Below are positions 26,784 to 36,546 of a DNA stretch of 64,000 bases, in pieces. The position numbers and the translations under genes were made by a program. The DNA is from a virus: IMG/VR virus record IMGVR_UViG_3300044957_000619; one strand, written 5' to 3'. Under the pieces are notes generated by a model that had not been told where the DNA came from, searched no databases, and saw nothing but the letters and a program-made list of their open reading frames with translations. The stretch's first letter is position 1. Each line of letters starts with the position of its first letter.

Positions 26784-28826
26784 TCATTTAGCAATTTCCA
26801 AGAACTTGGAATTCAATGTTCTAGCAACTTCTTGCATATTCTTCGGATCGATAAATTTAGCATCTTGTCCGTACATGGTATGAAATGGAGTCTTTTCATA
26901 ACTACGTCCACTATCAGCAATAAAATAACTAATAACATTGATACCTGATTCTCGGAATCCATTGATGACTCTGCGAGTAAATTGAACGCCATCGTATCGA
27001 TAAGCAACACCTGATACATCGGTTGGGTATCCATCTGAGTAATTGATAAAAATGCACTCGTCACCCTTTGCATCTCGTTTAATATCTTGTTCAATGCTCT
27101 TAAATGCCAATCCTTCCGGAGTACATCCAAACGTATCTAGATATTTGAAATAGTTACGAATCTTACTCATTTTATCTTGTGCCGAATCGTATGCATACAA
27201 TGTAATTGCTTTTTCTCGGTTACTTATTGATGCTTCGGTACCGCGCAATGAAATTTGTACGCGTATGCCGGTTGTCATTGAAGCAGCTTGTGCAATTGCA
27301 ACGGCTGACATAATGGCATTACGAAATTTGATACCAGTCATCGATCCAGATGCATCAATTGAAATATGAATAAAATAATTCTTGTATCGATCCGTAACAA
27401 TGCGATGAAACACGTTAGCATTGTCATAACCTAATTGCGAAATCAATCTGCGATCAATTTTACCTGTTTGCAAACGAGTGGTCTTTAAGGTTCGGTCCGC
27501 ATTTCGAAGTTGCAACTTGCGTCCCAATGCCTTGCCTAAAACGATACCCTGCGTAACAGTTTGGTCATTTTGAACAAGCGTACTAACACGAGGTCGATCA
27601 AATTGTGCATCGTTTGCATAATTCAATTTACCAGAAACATAATCATTAGAATAAGACGTAAATAAATATGGCATTGCTGCGATGATACCCGGAGTCAATT
27701 TCTTGATAACAATTGTATCAACGAAATCTGAAGTACCAGATTCATTTGTTGCTACTTGACGAACCTCTGTGCCAGATTCTCGAATTGCATTAACTCTGCT
27801 TGCCTGCGTTTTAGTCAATTTACCCGTTTTTTTGTTGTCACCTTTAAGGAAGTCTCGTTGCTTTTCAATTGCCGTTTCCAATTTTTTAAGATCATTTGCT
27901 GACAATGAAGCTTTACCATCAACGCCGCCTTTGGTTGCTTCGATAGAGTCATCGCCTTCGCCATCTTCATCGGATGCATCACCGCCGCCGCCTTGCTGAG
28001 ATTCATCGCCGTCTTGCGGTTGCACTTTGTCTGAACCAGCAGCTGCTTCTGCTTCTGCTACAGCATTCTTAACCAATTTGTATACTTTACATGCAACTAA
28101 CAATGCATCTTCGGTAGATTGCAATCTTTGAATATTTCTAAGATCAATCACATTCCAAATTTCTTGCAATGCTGCAAGAGCTTTCAAATTGCGATTAAGA
28201 TTCGTTAGGTTGATGATATGAAACATGTAATCCTCCCATGTCTCTTGACATTTCTCATTAGCTTGAAGCGCTCTGTCGATAACTTTGTCATTGAAGTACT
28301 TATCATACATTGCCTCATAATACATACGGTATCCTGGCGCATTTGTATAGATATAAAAATCAATGCGTCGATCCTCAATCCAATTCAATAAATCTTTAAT
28401 AATGCTAAAGTCACTGTGAGTCATTGTCATATCTGGATCAAGTCCATTCATCCGAACAATTTGTGCCATTGGTGAGCTTGTTAAAATTCCACCCTTGAAC
28501 ATGTTAAAGTCAGTCAAAGCAATATGTGAACCTTCATGCAATGCTAATCCAACAGCCGGATCGAAATTCTTGTCATCAAGCTTGGTGCCAATTACAACGG
28601 ATTCGCCATCGGTATAACTTGCATCTGTAGACTGAAATACTACGGGAATTGCTTTGCCTGTTACAATGTTAACAAAATTAGCAATGGCACGTTGTGTTGC
28701 AGCCAACTTGGTATAGTCAATACCATCACCTCGTTTAAAATTTGTATGAAAATCATCCGTTAACCAAAAGCTAGATGCTGACTTTGAATAATATCGTTTG
28801 CCATCAAATTTACCTAATATACTCAT
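26784..28826 (-). CDS. VWA-domain protein with N-terminal HExxH metallopeptidase-like domain (CobT-like MoxR partner)
   Basis: LHEGSH, NWIEDRRID, acidic linker, MIDAS DASGSM, CTPEG, YSDGYP. Confidence 0.85.
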   Translation of the reverse strand: MSILGKFDGKRYYSKSASSFWLTDDFHTNFKRGDGIDYTKLAATQRAIANFVNIVTGKAIPVVFQSTDASYTDGESVVIGTKLDDKNFDPAVGLALHEGSHIALTDFNMFKGGILTSSPMAQIVRMNGLDPDMTMTHSDFSIIKDLLNWIEDRRIDFYIYTNAPGYRMYYEAMYDKYFNDKVIDRALQANEKCQETWEDYMFHIINLTNLNRNLKALAALQEIWNVIDLRNIQRLQSTEDALLVACKVYKLVKNAVAEAEAAAGSDKVQPQDGDESQQGGGGDASDEDGEGDDSIEATKGGVDGKASLSANDLKKLETAIEKQRDFLKGDNKKTGKLTKTQASRVNAIRESGTEVRQVATNESGTSDFVDTIVIKKLTPGIIAAMPYLFTSYSNDYVSGKLNYANDAQFDRPRVSTLVQNDQTVTQGIVLGKALGRKLQLRNADRTLKTTRLQTGKIDRRLISQLGYDNANVFHRIVTDRYKNYFIHISIDASGSMTGIKFRNAIMSAVAIAQAASMTTGIRVQISLRGTEASISNREKAITLYAYDSAQDKMSKIRNYFKYLDTFGCTPEGLAFKSIEQDIKRDAKGDECIFINYSDGYPTDVSGVAYRYDGVQFTRRVINGFRESGINVISYFIADSGRSYEKTPFHTMYGQDAKFIDPKNMQEVARTLNSKFLEIAK

Positions 28827-28884
28827 ATGCTCTTTATTTTATATAAAATATGAAATTACTATTCAGTTTCCAACCAAATACAGC

Positions 28885-28910
28885 AAAAAGGCGACATTTC
28901 TGCCGCCTCT
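28885..28910 (-). terminator. Rho-independent terminator after the MoxR ATPase
   Basis: AGAGGCGGCA-GAAA-TGTCGCCTTTTTG. Confidence 0.7.
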
Positions 28911-28925
28911 TTGAGCTATGAAAAA

Positions 28926-30101
28926 TCAGAATGAGGTTTCTTGTCCGTTGGCGTCCGTACCGGTATTAAAGATGTCTTTCATTTCGGTTGCCATATGCTT
29001 TTGAATGATCTGCTTAACAAAGGTCCTTTCAGAATCTGTACCACCAGATGCATCAAAGAAAGGAAGAATTGCAACCTCTGCAGCCTCAGACAAAGAAAAG
29101 CCATCAGCTAACAAATCACATACGCGCACCGTCATACGAGTGGATACCATTGTGGTAAGTTTACCTTCTTCGGATCTCCATTCTTTGCGTGTTGCATCTG
29201 CAATATCTGCTACTGCGTGAATCAATTCGCGGGATACTGTCGGGAATCGTTTTGTCAATAAATCTTCTTCTTGAGATAGTGATAAGATGTCAACTTCAAT
29301 GATTTCAAAACGATCCATCAATGCTCGGTCTAATACTCGAGTGGATGTATATTCGGTACCAATGTTTGCTGTTGCAATAAACGATACACCTGATGCAACT
29401 CGAATGGTAGGCGAATTGATGTCTTCATCCAATCGCAGATACCTTTGACCCTCATCCAATACTGTCATCAAGATGTTCCATGCTTCAGGGTGTGCACGAG
29501 ACAACTCATCAAGCAAAATAACTGCATTTTGTGTTTTAATTGCTTTAACGAAAGCCGATTCGTCAAATGATGTTTGGCCATCAACGAAATGCGTATTACC
29601 AATCAATGTGGATCTTGGATCTTGTGTTGCACCCAAGTTAAAATAAAAGAATGGTCGATTGGTTGCTACCGGAAGATCTTTTGCGGCTTGCGTCTTACCA
29701 CAACCTGCCGGGCCAACCATCATGATGTTTTTGCCACGCACTGCCGATCGAACCAAATATTTCCATTTGATGTCGGACATTTCCAATGTTGCAGGCTTAA
29801 TTTTATAAGCATTCTGAATTAGGCTAAGCACTGCATCTTGTTCTTGTGGCATAAGTTGTGGTGTTGGTTGTGACTGTTTAATGTGTGACTGTTTAATGTC
29901 TTCTAGTTCAATGCCGGCTTTATTCATACGCTTTGCACGGCCGGTTACTTCATCAAACAACAATATTTCGTCGTTGTTAAATGCATGCTTAATCATTACG
30001 GCACGAAATAATTCGGTAATGTCTTTGCCCGTGCTAAATTCAATAATACGTTGATTGCCATTTATCAAGGTTGGCACACCAATAACTTTTTTGTTTTTCA
30101 T
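28926..30101 (-). CDS. MoxR/CbbQ/CobS-type AAA+ ATPase
   Basis: GPAGCGKT, ILLDELSRA, IATANIG, DRALMDRF, STR sensor II; adjacent VWA gene. Confidence 0.9.
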   Translation of the reverse strand: MKNKKVIGVPTLINGNQRIIEFSTGKDITELFRAVMIKHAFNNDEILLFDEVTGRAKRMNKAGIELEDIKQSHIKQSQPTPQLMPQEQDAVLSLIQNAYKIKPATLEMSDIKWKYLVRSAVRGKNIMMVGPAGCGKTQAAKDLPVATNRPFFYFNLGATQDPRSTLIGNTHFVDGQTSFDESAFVKAIKTQNAVILLDELSRAHPEAWNILMTVLDEGQRYLRLDEDINSPTIRVASGVSFIATANIGTEYTSTRVLDRALMDRFEIIEVDILSLSQEEDLLTKRFPTVSRELIHAVADIADATRKEWRSEEGKLTTMVSTRMTVRVCDLLADGFSLSEAAEVAILPFFDASGGTDSERTFVKQIIQKHMATEMKDIFNTGTDANGQETSF

Positions 30102-30148
30102 AACTCTTTATTTTCTATAAAATATGAAATAAAGCGTTACATTCCAAC

Positions 30149-30262
30149 CTATTCTTCTTGTTTTTTATGTTTTTTCTTGCGGGTGTAAGATTTTTTACTT
30201 TTCTGAATAATTGGACGCGTTGCTTGCCAAATTTCTTGCATAGTTACTTCAATCTTTTTCAT
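30149..30262 (-). CDS. Small basic protein (37 aa)
   Basis: Not in ORF track; MKKIEVTMQEIWQATRPIIQKSKKSYTRKKKHKKQEE. Confidence 0.55.
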   Translation of the reverse strand: MKKIEVTMQEIWQATRPIIQKSKKSYTRKKKHKKQEE

Positions 30263-30298
30263 GGTGCTAATATATGAAAATGTTTCGTGAAATTTAAA

Positions 30299-30661
30299 TT
30301 ACCATTTTCTACAAGACCAATATCTTGCTGAGGTTCTGTCCTTGGCAGTATGACAACGGTGTCTTGCTCTAAATGAACGCCTACGTGCAGGATTGCTCTT
30401 GCGTATTCTCATATTAGGGTCGCCGAAGTTGACCTTTACAACGTTGCCTTTAGCATTTTTAACGTAGACTTTGAATTTTTTGACATCGCCACGCATTGGT
30501 TTACCTAATTGCACTTTGCGTCCTTGATATTCAGCTTCATTGATTCCAGATTCCTTGATGGTTACATATTCTGGATTTTCGTCTGCAGATTTTATTGTTT
30601 CAATTAAACATTCGGCGCAATATGCTTCTGCTACCGGTATTTGCGATTCATGTAATGTCAT
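30299..30661 (-). CDS. Conserved basic phage protein
   Basis: EAEYQGRKVQL...VKVNFGDPNM...RRRSFRARHRC...ARYWSCRKW, a family seen in large myoviruses. Confidence 0.7.
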   Translation of the reverse strand: MTLHESQIPVAEAYCAECLIETIKSADENPEYVTIKESGINEAEYQGRKVQLGKPMRGDVKKFKVYVKNAKGNVVKVNFGDPNMRIRKSNPARRRSFRARHRCHTAKDRTSARYWSCRKW

Positions 30662-30665
30662 TTTA

Positions 30666-31268
30666 TTACCTTAAATATTCGTTTTTAAGATTTAGTTGCA
30701 ATTTGGCTATAAAATTGTTGATTTGTTTAAATGCTTCGTCTTTTAGTTGTTTGCGAACATCTTCCATGGAACGCTCGCCAAACAACGTTTCTCGACCCTT
30801 TGCATCTTTCTCGATGTATTTTTCAAGTTCTTTTAATTTGTATTGAATTTTATTTTTAGTGATAAGACCGGTAATCCATTTAGACACTTTTGTTTTACGG
30901 CCATATTCATCCGCTACAGTACCTGCCAGCAAATCTTCCCAATCGGGCATTTTAGTACTGTATTCTGGTTTACCATCTATACGGTCTGTCTGCGCAACTA
31001 TGTCTCGCATTTCAAACCAAAAGCTAGCATATTCTTCACTTAGTGAGCTAATATCAATTGAAAATTCTTTAGATTCATATGGCACGCCAATGCGATCCAA
31101 TCTACGAGATGATTTAGTATCTGGCAATGCTGCTAATGCACTCAACACTGAATCTTGTTGCTGCTCGATGCTTGGATTGCGATCCATGGAAACATATTCT
31201 CGAGCTTTGTCTAAAGGCAACGCCTCTTTGATTAGTTGAATTTCTAAAAGTGTTTTCAATTTAATCAC
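30666..31268 (-). CDS. Hypothetical protein with N-terminal tag
   Basis: MIKLKTLLE. Confidence 0.6.
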   Translation of the reverse strand: MIKLKTLLEIQLIKEALPLDKAREYVSMDRNPSIEQQQDSVLSALAALPDTKSSRRLDRIGVPYESKEFSIDISSLSEEYASFWFEMRDIVAQTDRIDGKPEYSTKMPDWEDLLAGTVADEYGRKTKVSKWITGLITKNKIQYKLKELEKYIEKDAKGRETLFGERSMEDVRKQLKDEAFKQINNFIAKLQLNLKNEYLR

Positions 31269-32017
31269 TATAACTCCTGACGAATTGCTAGTTTAGGAAG
31301 ATATGCTTTCCACGCATTTAATATATTTTCTTTTTCTTGCGGAGTAATTGTTTCATTATCTACCCACATAGATAAATATTCATCAACTACTGTTTTGAAT
31401 GGTTGTTTGCTTTTTTTTGCCTTGAAATACAAACCTTGAAGCATTGCTGGTATTTCCTTTGGCAACGTAAAATAACGAGCTGCAGGCAGATTACCGGCTT
31501 CAACTTTATTTCTAAGATTTTGATCAGATGCAATATATTTGCCATCAATTGTATTCCAACCTGATTGCGTTACATGTTCAATTTCATGACGCAATGTATC
31601 GCGTAGATTCATTGCAATGCTACTTAATACGCGAGGATATTCTGCTGGATCAATCTGGAACCGTACTTCAATTAACGGCGGTTCGTTTGATTCTCGTTTA
31701 GAATCATTATATGCATCACCTCCATATTTAAGATCATCTAAACCTTCAATCCATTGTACTTTGAGTTGCAAATAAAATTCTACCGGAATAGTTGCATTTT
31801 CTATTTCTTCAAAATATATTTTAGGTTGAGTTTCATCATCTTCAATGTGAGGTACCGTTTCTCCTTGTTTGTAAAAGATCCTTACACTGCCATATCGGCC
31901 TTCGGGATCGGATACTGCTGAATAGCTTTCTTTGATTATGCTAAGCAATTTGTTTGACAATGAAGTCACTAAAGAATCATAACGACCTTCTAAAAATAAT
32001 TGCTTTATTGATATCAT
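31268..32017 (-). CDS. HExxH-motif protein with N-terminal tag
   Basis: Likely start MISIKQLFLE; LRHEIEHVTQ followed by YFTLPKEIPA. Confidence 0.65.
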   Translation of the reverse strand: MISIKQLFLEGRYDSLVTSLSNKLLSIIKESYSAVSDPEGRYGSVRIFYKQGETVPHIEDDETQPKIYFEEIENATIPVEFYLQLKVQWIEGLDDLKYGGDAYNDSKRESNEPPLIEVRFQIDPAEYPRVLSSIAMNLRDTLRHEIEHVTQSGWNTIDGKYIASDQNLRNKVEAGNLPAARYFTLPKEIPAMLQGLYFKAKKSKQPFKTVVDEYLSMWVDNETITPQEKENILNAWKAYLPKLAIRQEL

Positions 32018-32028
32018 ATTAATAAATA

Positions 32029-32586
32029 TCACTCAAGTAAATTGTAATTCCAATAACGTTCTTTATCCGTATTAAATGGATTACCTGTTTGTTGATAATA
32101 ACAATTCATGCAAAGCATTTGAAGATTTTCTATGCAATGATTTGTTTCATCTCCGTCAATATGGTCTAAAAATAAAGGCACCGTATCGTCAGTTATTCTG
32201 CGTTCTGAATATCCGCAGGAGTTGCATTGTTCTGGAAGTATTGCCAATGCCAACAATCTATTGCGTAGCTTCCAGGTAGGATAGTTAGGATGGTTGCCTG
32301 TCAAGATATTATCAATTGAATATATACCTTTATTGGCTTTGCAAACATCTTTTGGTATGCCTACCCCAAATTGATTTTTATGAAGCTCATACAATGTCTT
32401 TCCGGTATCGCGATCTACGTACATTCGAGCATACTTTTTATAAGTAGTAAATGATATTTTGAGAAACCGAGCTGCTTCAGCATTAGATTTAGTGTTTTCC
32501 ATGGCATAGCGTATTTCGCTTTCAGGAATATCTAATGCTGTTTTGCCAATTCCATATATGTATTTATACTGCTTTTCAGACATCAA
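32029..32586 (-). CDS. HNH endonuclease with N-terminal HTH
   Basis: SNAEAARFLKISFTTY; CNSCG...LDHIDGDETNHCIENLQMLCMNC. Confidence 0.8.
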   Translation of the reverse strand: MMSEKQYKYIYGIGKTALDIPESEIRYAMENTKSNAEAARFLKISFTTYKKYARMYVDRDTGKTLYELHKNQFGVGIPKDVCKANKGIYSIDNILTGNHPNYPTWKLRNRLLALAILPEQCNSCGYSERRITDDTVPLFLDHIDGDETNHCIENLQMLCMNCYYQQTGNPFNTDKERYWNYNLLE

Positions 32587-32969
32587 TACAATCCGTGCGT
32601 TTTTAAAATGCTAACCGCATCTTTTGGAAACGTTTTTGATTCATACAGTTGCTTTACCACATCTCCAAGCTTGTTGATCTTTCCTAAAAAAAATGTCGGA
32701 TGAACTTTGGACAATTTTTCAACTTCCTCAATCCAATACGAATATGCTGCATACTTGTCGTTGAAACGATCTGCATCCGTACGATTTTCCCAATATTCGA
32801 TTTGATCTTGCAAAGGCCACATATAAACTGGAATATTCGGATCTTTTCGTATACCGGATTGAATCGGCATACCTTGTTCTCGTTTTATGTTTTTAGAAAT
32901 AAATTTATCCATAATCAATGCAGAACGATCTTTTGGGGACATTCCCGTGTGTGCTGATTTTTTACCCAT
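32583..32969 (-). CDS. Hypothetical protein
   Basis: 128-aa ORF. Confidence 0.55.
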   Translation of the reverse strand: MGKKSAHTGMSPKDRSALIMDKFISKNIKREQGMPIQSGIRKDPNIPVYMWPLQDQIEYWENRTDADRFNDKYAAYSYWIEEVEKLSKVHPTFFLGKINKLGDVVKQLYESKTFPKDAVSILKTHGLY

Positions 32970-33159
32970 TTTGTTTTTGTTTTTCCGTTAATACAACTAT
33001 TTTACGCCATGCATCTTCTGCACGATACGCATATGTTTTAAACTGTATGATATCAAGTTTTTTTCGAGCAGCTTCCATGCGACGCATGTTGCGATGATAA
33101 GTTGCATGAAGAAATGCAATGCGAAAACGAATAATGTAATTATGAATTTTTTGTATCAT
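32962..33159 (-). CDS. Hypothetical protein
   Basis: 65-aa ORF overlapping neighbours. Confidence 0.55.
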   Translation of the reverse strand: MIQKIHNYIIRFRIAFLHATYHRNMRRMEAARKKLDIIQFKTYAYRAEDAWRKIVVLTEKQKQNG

Positions 33160-33418
33160 GTTTTTCTAGTGTTGCTGTTAAATTGCATTTAATAAAATAT
33201 TCATATACGGTTTGACATGTATCATATGAATTTACGAATACCACACAACGACCCGCATTGTGCACAATTAATGCACATTGATGTGCTTGAAATTCATTGT
33301 GATCGCACGCATCCATGATGCATCCTATTACATGATCAAACGTATTGTGCGTATCATTATGTAACACAACTTGATATTTGCCGCGTTTAGCAGGTTTCTT
33401 CAATACTTTCTTTGACAT
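33140..33418 (-). CDS. clpS: ClpS-like N-degron adaptor
   Basis: YQVVLHNDTHNTFDHVI...QAHQCALIVHNAGRCVV; likely start MSKK at 33418. Confidence 0.85.
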   Translation of the reverse strand: MSKKVLKKPAKRGKYQVVLHNDTHNTFDHVIGCIMDACDHNEFQAHQCALIVHNAGRCVVFVNSYDTCQTVYEYFIKCNLTATLEKHDTKNS

Positions 33419-33590
33419 CTCGTATAATTGCACATTGTTCATATAATTCTCGATCCATAGCATATCGCAAAGCTTCAGATAAAAAATGCAATCTGCGTTC
33501 TCTATCCCATTGATCTGGCCACTCCCATTCCCTAGTTGCCATTATGTTGATCGAATCAATAAATAATTGTTCCATGAAGTTTTGATTCAT
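33387..33590 (-). CDS. Small protein with UVR-like C-terminal motif
   Basis: AMDRELYEQCAIIRD. Confidence 0.55.
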   Translation of the reverse strand: MNQNFMEQLFIDSINIMATREWEWPDQWDRERRLHFLSEALRYAMDRELYEQCAIIRDVKESIEETC

Positions 33591-33625
33591 AATTTAATAT
33601 ATATAAATTTGTATGTTAATCCAAA

Positions 33626-33697
33626 TTATTTGATAATTAGCTTTTGTCCAATTTGAACAGTATCTGATTTTAAATTGTTTATGCGTTTAAGTGCATC
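33626..33697 (-). pseudogene. Out-of-frame C-terminal half of a LysM domain
   Basis: DALKRINNLKSDTVQIGQKLIIK begins at the lysozyme stop codon in another frame. Confidence 0.7.
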
Positions 33698-34325
33698 ATG
33701 ATGTTTTGTTTTTTGATGATTTTGTTGTAGAAAGCGATTTACCTTTATTTGGTCCTTCTTCGTATGATGCCGTTGCAGGATTGAACCCATACCATTTACT
33801 GTTTTTTGGTCTACCCCATTTATCTCTAGCATCTAATATGTTAAAAACTTGCTTTGCAACTTTTCTTCGACTGGGTAGACTTGCTGCTAGCGCACTCGCC
33901 TTTGGTCGTTCGCAAAATTTTGCAAATCCTTCTGCTTTATCTGCAACAGTTTTACCGTAATTCATAGCTTTTTGAAATTGACGTGTTTCATACGCATAAG
34001 TTCCATCATACTCATCTAGAAGCTCGTATTTAACAAAATCTAATTGAACTGTTAGATTAGTCATTGATTTTTTTTGTTTTTTTGCGTATGCAGCTAATGC
34101 TTTTTTTCTAACACCGAGCCATTGCATTAAACCAAAATCTCCGCCACTACCTGTTGCTGCTGGGTCAAATGTAGATTCAGCCCACATATTTCCAACAATT
34201 GCAGCTGCTTGAATTTTCGTAAATCCTCGATTGATTAACGACCATGCTAATGACTTACCTGTATTAATATTGTCTCCAGTAAGTACTCCTTCACCTTCAA
34301 AAATCAATGATTTCATTTTGATCAT
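33696..34325 (-). CDS. Phage tail-type lysozyme with N-terminal tag
   Basis: AAAIVGNMWAES, GLMQWLGVRK, QLDFVKYEL, FCERP; MIKMKSLIFE. Confidence 0.85.
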   Translation of the reverse strand: MIKMKSLIFEGEGVLTGDNINTGKSLAWSLINRGFTKIQAAAIVGNMWAESTFDPAATGSGGDFGLMQWLGVRKKALAAYAKKQKKSMTNLTVQLDFVKYELLDEYDGTYAYETRQFQKAMNYGKTVADKAEGFAKFCERPKASALAASLPSRRKVAKQVFNILDARDKWGRPKNSKWYGFNPATASYEEGPNKGKSLSTTKSSKNKTS

Positions 34326-34726
34326 GATTTCTTACCCCAATTCTTTGCACCTTTCTTTCTGCATGCAGCAAGTGCCAATGATCCGTATGCTGAAGGCCAC
34401 GTTCCGCCGTCTCGAGTATAACGAGCTTTTACTTTGTAGTAGCAAGCATCACGTTTTGCTTTCTTTTTTTCTTCGATTACACCTTCAGCCTTAGGAGTAC
34501 GTTTACCCATACCAACTCGTCGTTTTTGTGCAACTAAAGATTTTTTTTCTTTTTTATCAAACGAGCTCCATGTTTTTGGAGTATCTTTAGAAACTTTACG
34601 AGAAGGACGGCACTTTTTAACGCCTTTGGTTTTGTCATTGCCACAAGGCCGGCCATGTTGATCTGTCCATTTTTCTTTTACCCAACGGCGAAGATCTTCT
34701 GATAGTAAATCAACTAAACGTATCAT
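34322..34726 (-). CDS. Conserved basic phage protein with N-terminal tag
   Basis: MIRLVDLLSE-DLRRWVKEKW...KCRP...WPSAYGS. Confidence 0.7.
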   Translation of the reverse strand: MIRLVDLLSEDLRRWVKEKWTDQHGRPCGNDKTKGVKKCRPSRKVSKDTPKTWSSFDKKEKKSLVAQKRRVGMGKRTPKAEGVIEEKKKAKRDACYYKVKARYTRDGGTWPSAYGSLALAACRKKGAKNWGKKS

Positions 34727-35058
34727 CGTCCTTTTTCCTCGCGGATAATTAATTCGCCCAACACTTCTAATCGACCAACTTCTCTTTGAAATTCAATTTG
34801 AGACATTGATGATGAAATCCTTTTATATGTTTCGTCAAATTCGCGTTTAGCTTTATCTAAATCAAATTTCCCAGCAGCTGCTCTTTTATAATAAGGAAGT
34901 TTAACTTTGAAATGATGCCAAGTTAATAAAGCTAATCCACCTTTTTCATGAGCAGTTGTTGCAATCTTCTCTGCACCAGCCTCGCGGGTATCTGCAAATG
35001 ATTCAAAAGTATCTTTCTTTTTTTCTTTTGATTCGAAAAGTAAATTTATTAGTTTCAT
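34723..35058 (-). CDS. Hypothetical protein with N-terminal tag
   Basis: MKLINLLFE. Confidence 0.6.
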   Translation of the reverse strand: MKLINLLFESKEKKKDTFESFADTREAGAEKIATTAHEKGGLALLTWHHFKVKLPYYKRAAAGKFDLDKAKREFDETYKRISSSMSQIEFQREVGRLEVLGELIIREEKGR

Positions 35059-35069
35059 ATTAATAAATA

Positions 35070-35732
35070 TTACAACGTAGGAATTAATTTGTATGATTTA
35101 CAACCAAATAATAGCATAGCTCTAAAATCAGCTTGTTGAAATGCATCTAATGAATGTTTTGGTAATCGATTAAATCGTTTAGTAACAGATATTATTTCAT
35201 CCCAATTGGTATATTGTAATACTGTTTCTACGTAGTCAACATCAACTAACATATCTCGCACATTAGGATAATCCCACTCAATATGTACTATAGGCATGAT
35301 GCGATCTTCATTTATATAATCAATGCATAAATCTAGTCCGCATTTAAAACTGGTACTAAGTATGCGAAATAGTTCAGGACGTTGTGTTGCATAACGTTTT
35401 ACTTGTTCTGCAGCTTCTCCGGTCAGTGGATATCTAAAAACAAACTGACTATGATCTAAAATTAATTCCGATGTACCACTTTGTGTTAGCCATGGTTGAA
35501 TAATTGCATGAGCACCTTTGGCAGCATCTCCATCTTTATACCATGTTGTATCGTGTTCTAATGAAATATCATTATGTGCATAATATGCTTGTTCAATTTC
35601 ATTTAAATCAAACCCTTCATGATCTACATGACACGTATAATTTAATAATACGCGTTCTGCAACATCTTCTGGTAATGGTTTTGAAATTTGAATATCCAAA
35701 TAGATAGGTTTTGATACGTTATAACTTAACAT
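35070..35732 (-). CDS. Hypothetical protein
   Basis: 220-aa ORF. Confidence 0.6.
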   Translation of the reverse strand: MLSYNVSKPIYLDIQISKPLPEDVAERVLLNYTCHVDHEGFDLNEIEQAYYAHNDISLEHDTTWYKDGDAAKGAHAIIQPWLTQSGTSELILDHSQFVFRYPLTGEAAEQVKRYATQRPELFRILSTSFKCGLDLCIDYINEDRIMPIVHIEWDYPNVRDMLVDVDYVETVLQYTNWDEIISVTKRFNRLPKHSLDAFQQADFRAMLLFGCKSYKLIPTL

Positions 35733-36130
35733 TACATCATGTTTTTTATTATGTTAGCAAAATTTGTTTTTGAATTGTTAAAATCTGAATCTGCATCATC
35801 AAATAATTTAGTTTCAAAAGAATTCTTTGATTTTTTGATTAAACAAACTGTTGCATCGAATTGTTCTAAGCCATTAAGTAAATATACAATTCCAAAGTAT
35901 GCATAGTTATCACAAACTTTAGCAACAAATTCTGCTTTTGAAAATATCAATTTCATTGTGCCTAAATCTTCTATAGGTGCACTAAATACGTGTTCTTTAC
36001 GTTTCAATCCTAAATATGAAAATTTAGGAGACGTTTTCATTTGTTTTGCAAATTCTTCGAAAAACGGTTTTGCTAATTGTTTTGGATCAACAACATTTGC
36101 TTCAGTCAATATGTTTTTTAGTTTCATCAT
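35732..36130 (-). CDS. Hypothetical protein with N-terminal tag
   Basis: MKLKNILTE. Confidence 0.6.
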   Translation of the reverse strand: MMKLKNILTEANVVDPKQLAKPFFEEFAKQMKTSPKFSYLGLKRKEHVFSAPIEDLGTMKLIFSKAEFVAKVCDNYAYFGIVYLLNGLEQFDATVCLIKKSKNSFETKLFDDADSDFNNSKTNFANIIKNMM

Positions 36131-36546
36131 CGTGTTAGATCTTTATTATCTAAAGCACCGCCTGTTACCCAGGCAGTACAACTTCTGCTACCAGCACATT
36201 TAAAATGAAGAAAATTGCAATAACCTAAATCAGCTTTTTCTATTGTTGCCATTGCATCAATATTTTTTTCATTGCCTTCGATGCCCTTTTGCATACACTT
36301 CCACATTTTATCTGAAACATCGAATGCTGCACAATTACCACATTTCATAGTTTTCGCTGTGGTTTCATCTATCTTCCAACGTTTTGCAGCATCTTTCCAA
36401 TACTTACCTGGTTTATCTGGATTTGCTGGACCATAAAAATATTCATCTATTGCATGTTGTCTATTTTTAAGATTAACATGAATATCTTGTGTTGCAATAG
36501 GACAACCTGTTTTTGCTTCAATCAATAGATGTTTTAGCTTCTTCAC
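36127..36546 (-). CDS. Cys-rich metal-binding protein with N-terminal tag
   Basis: MKKLKHLLIE; CGNCAAF...GYC...FKCAGSRSCTAW. Confidence 0.65.
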   Translation of the reverse strand: MKKLKHLLIEAKTGCPIATQDIHVNLKNRQHAIDEYFYGPANPDKPGKYWKDAAKRWKIDETTAKTMKCGNCAAFDVSDKMWKCMQKGIEGNEKNIDAMATIEKADLGYCNFLHFKCAGSRSCTAWVTGGALDNKDLTR

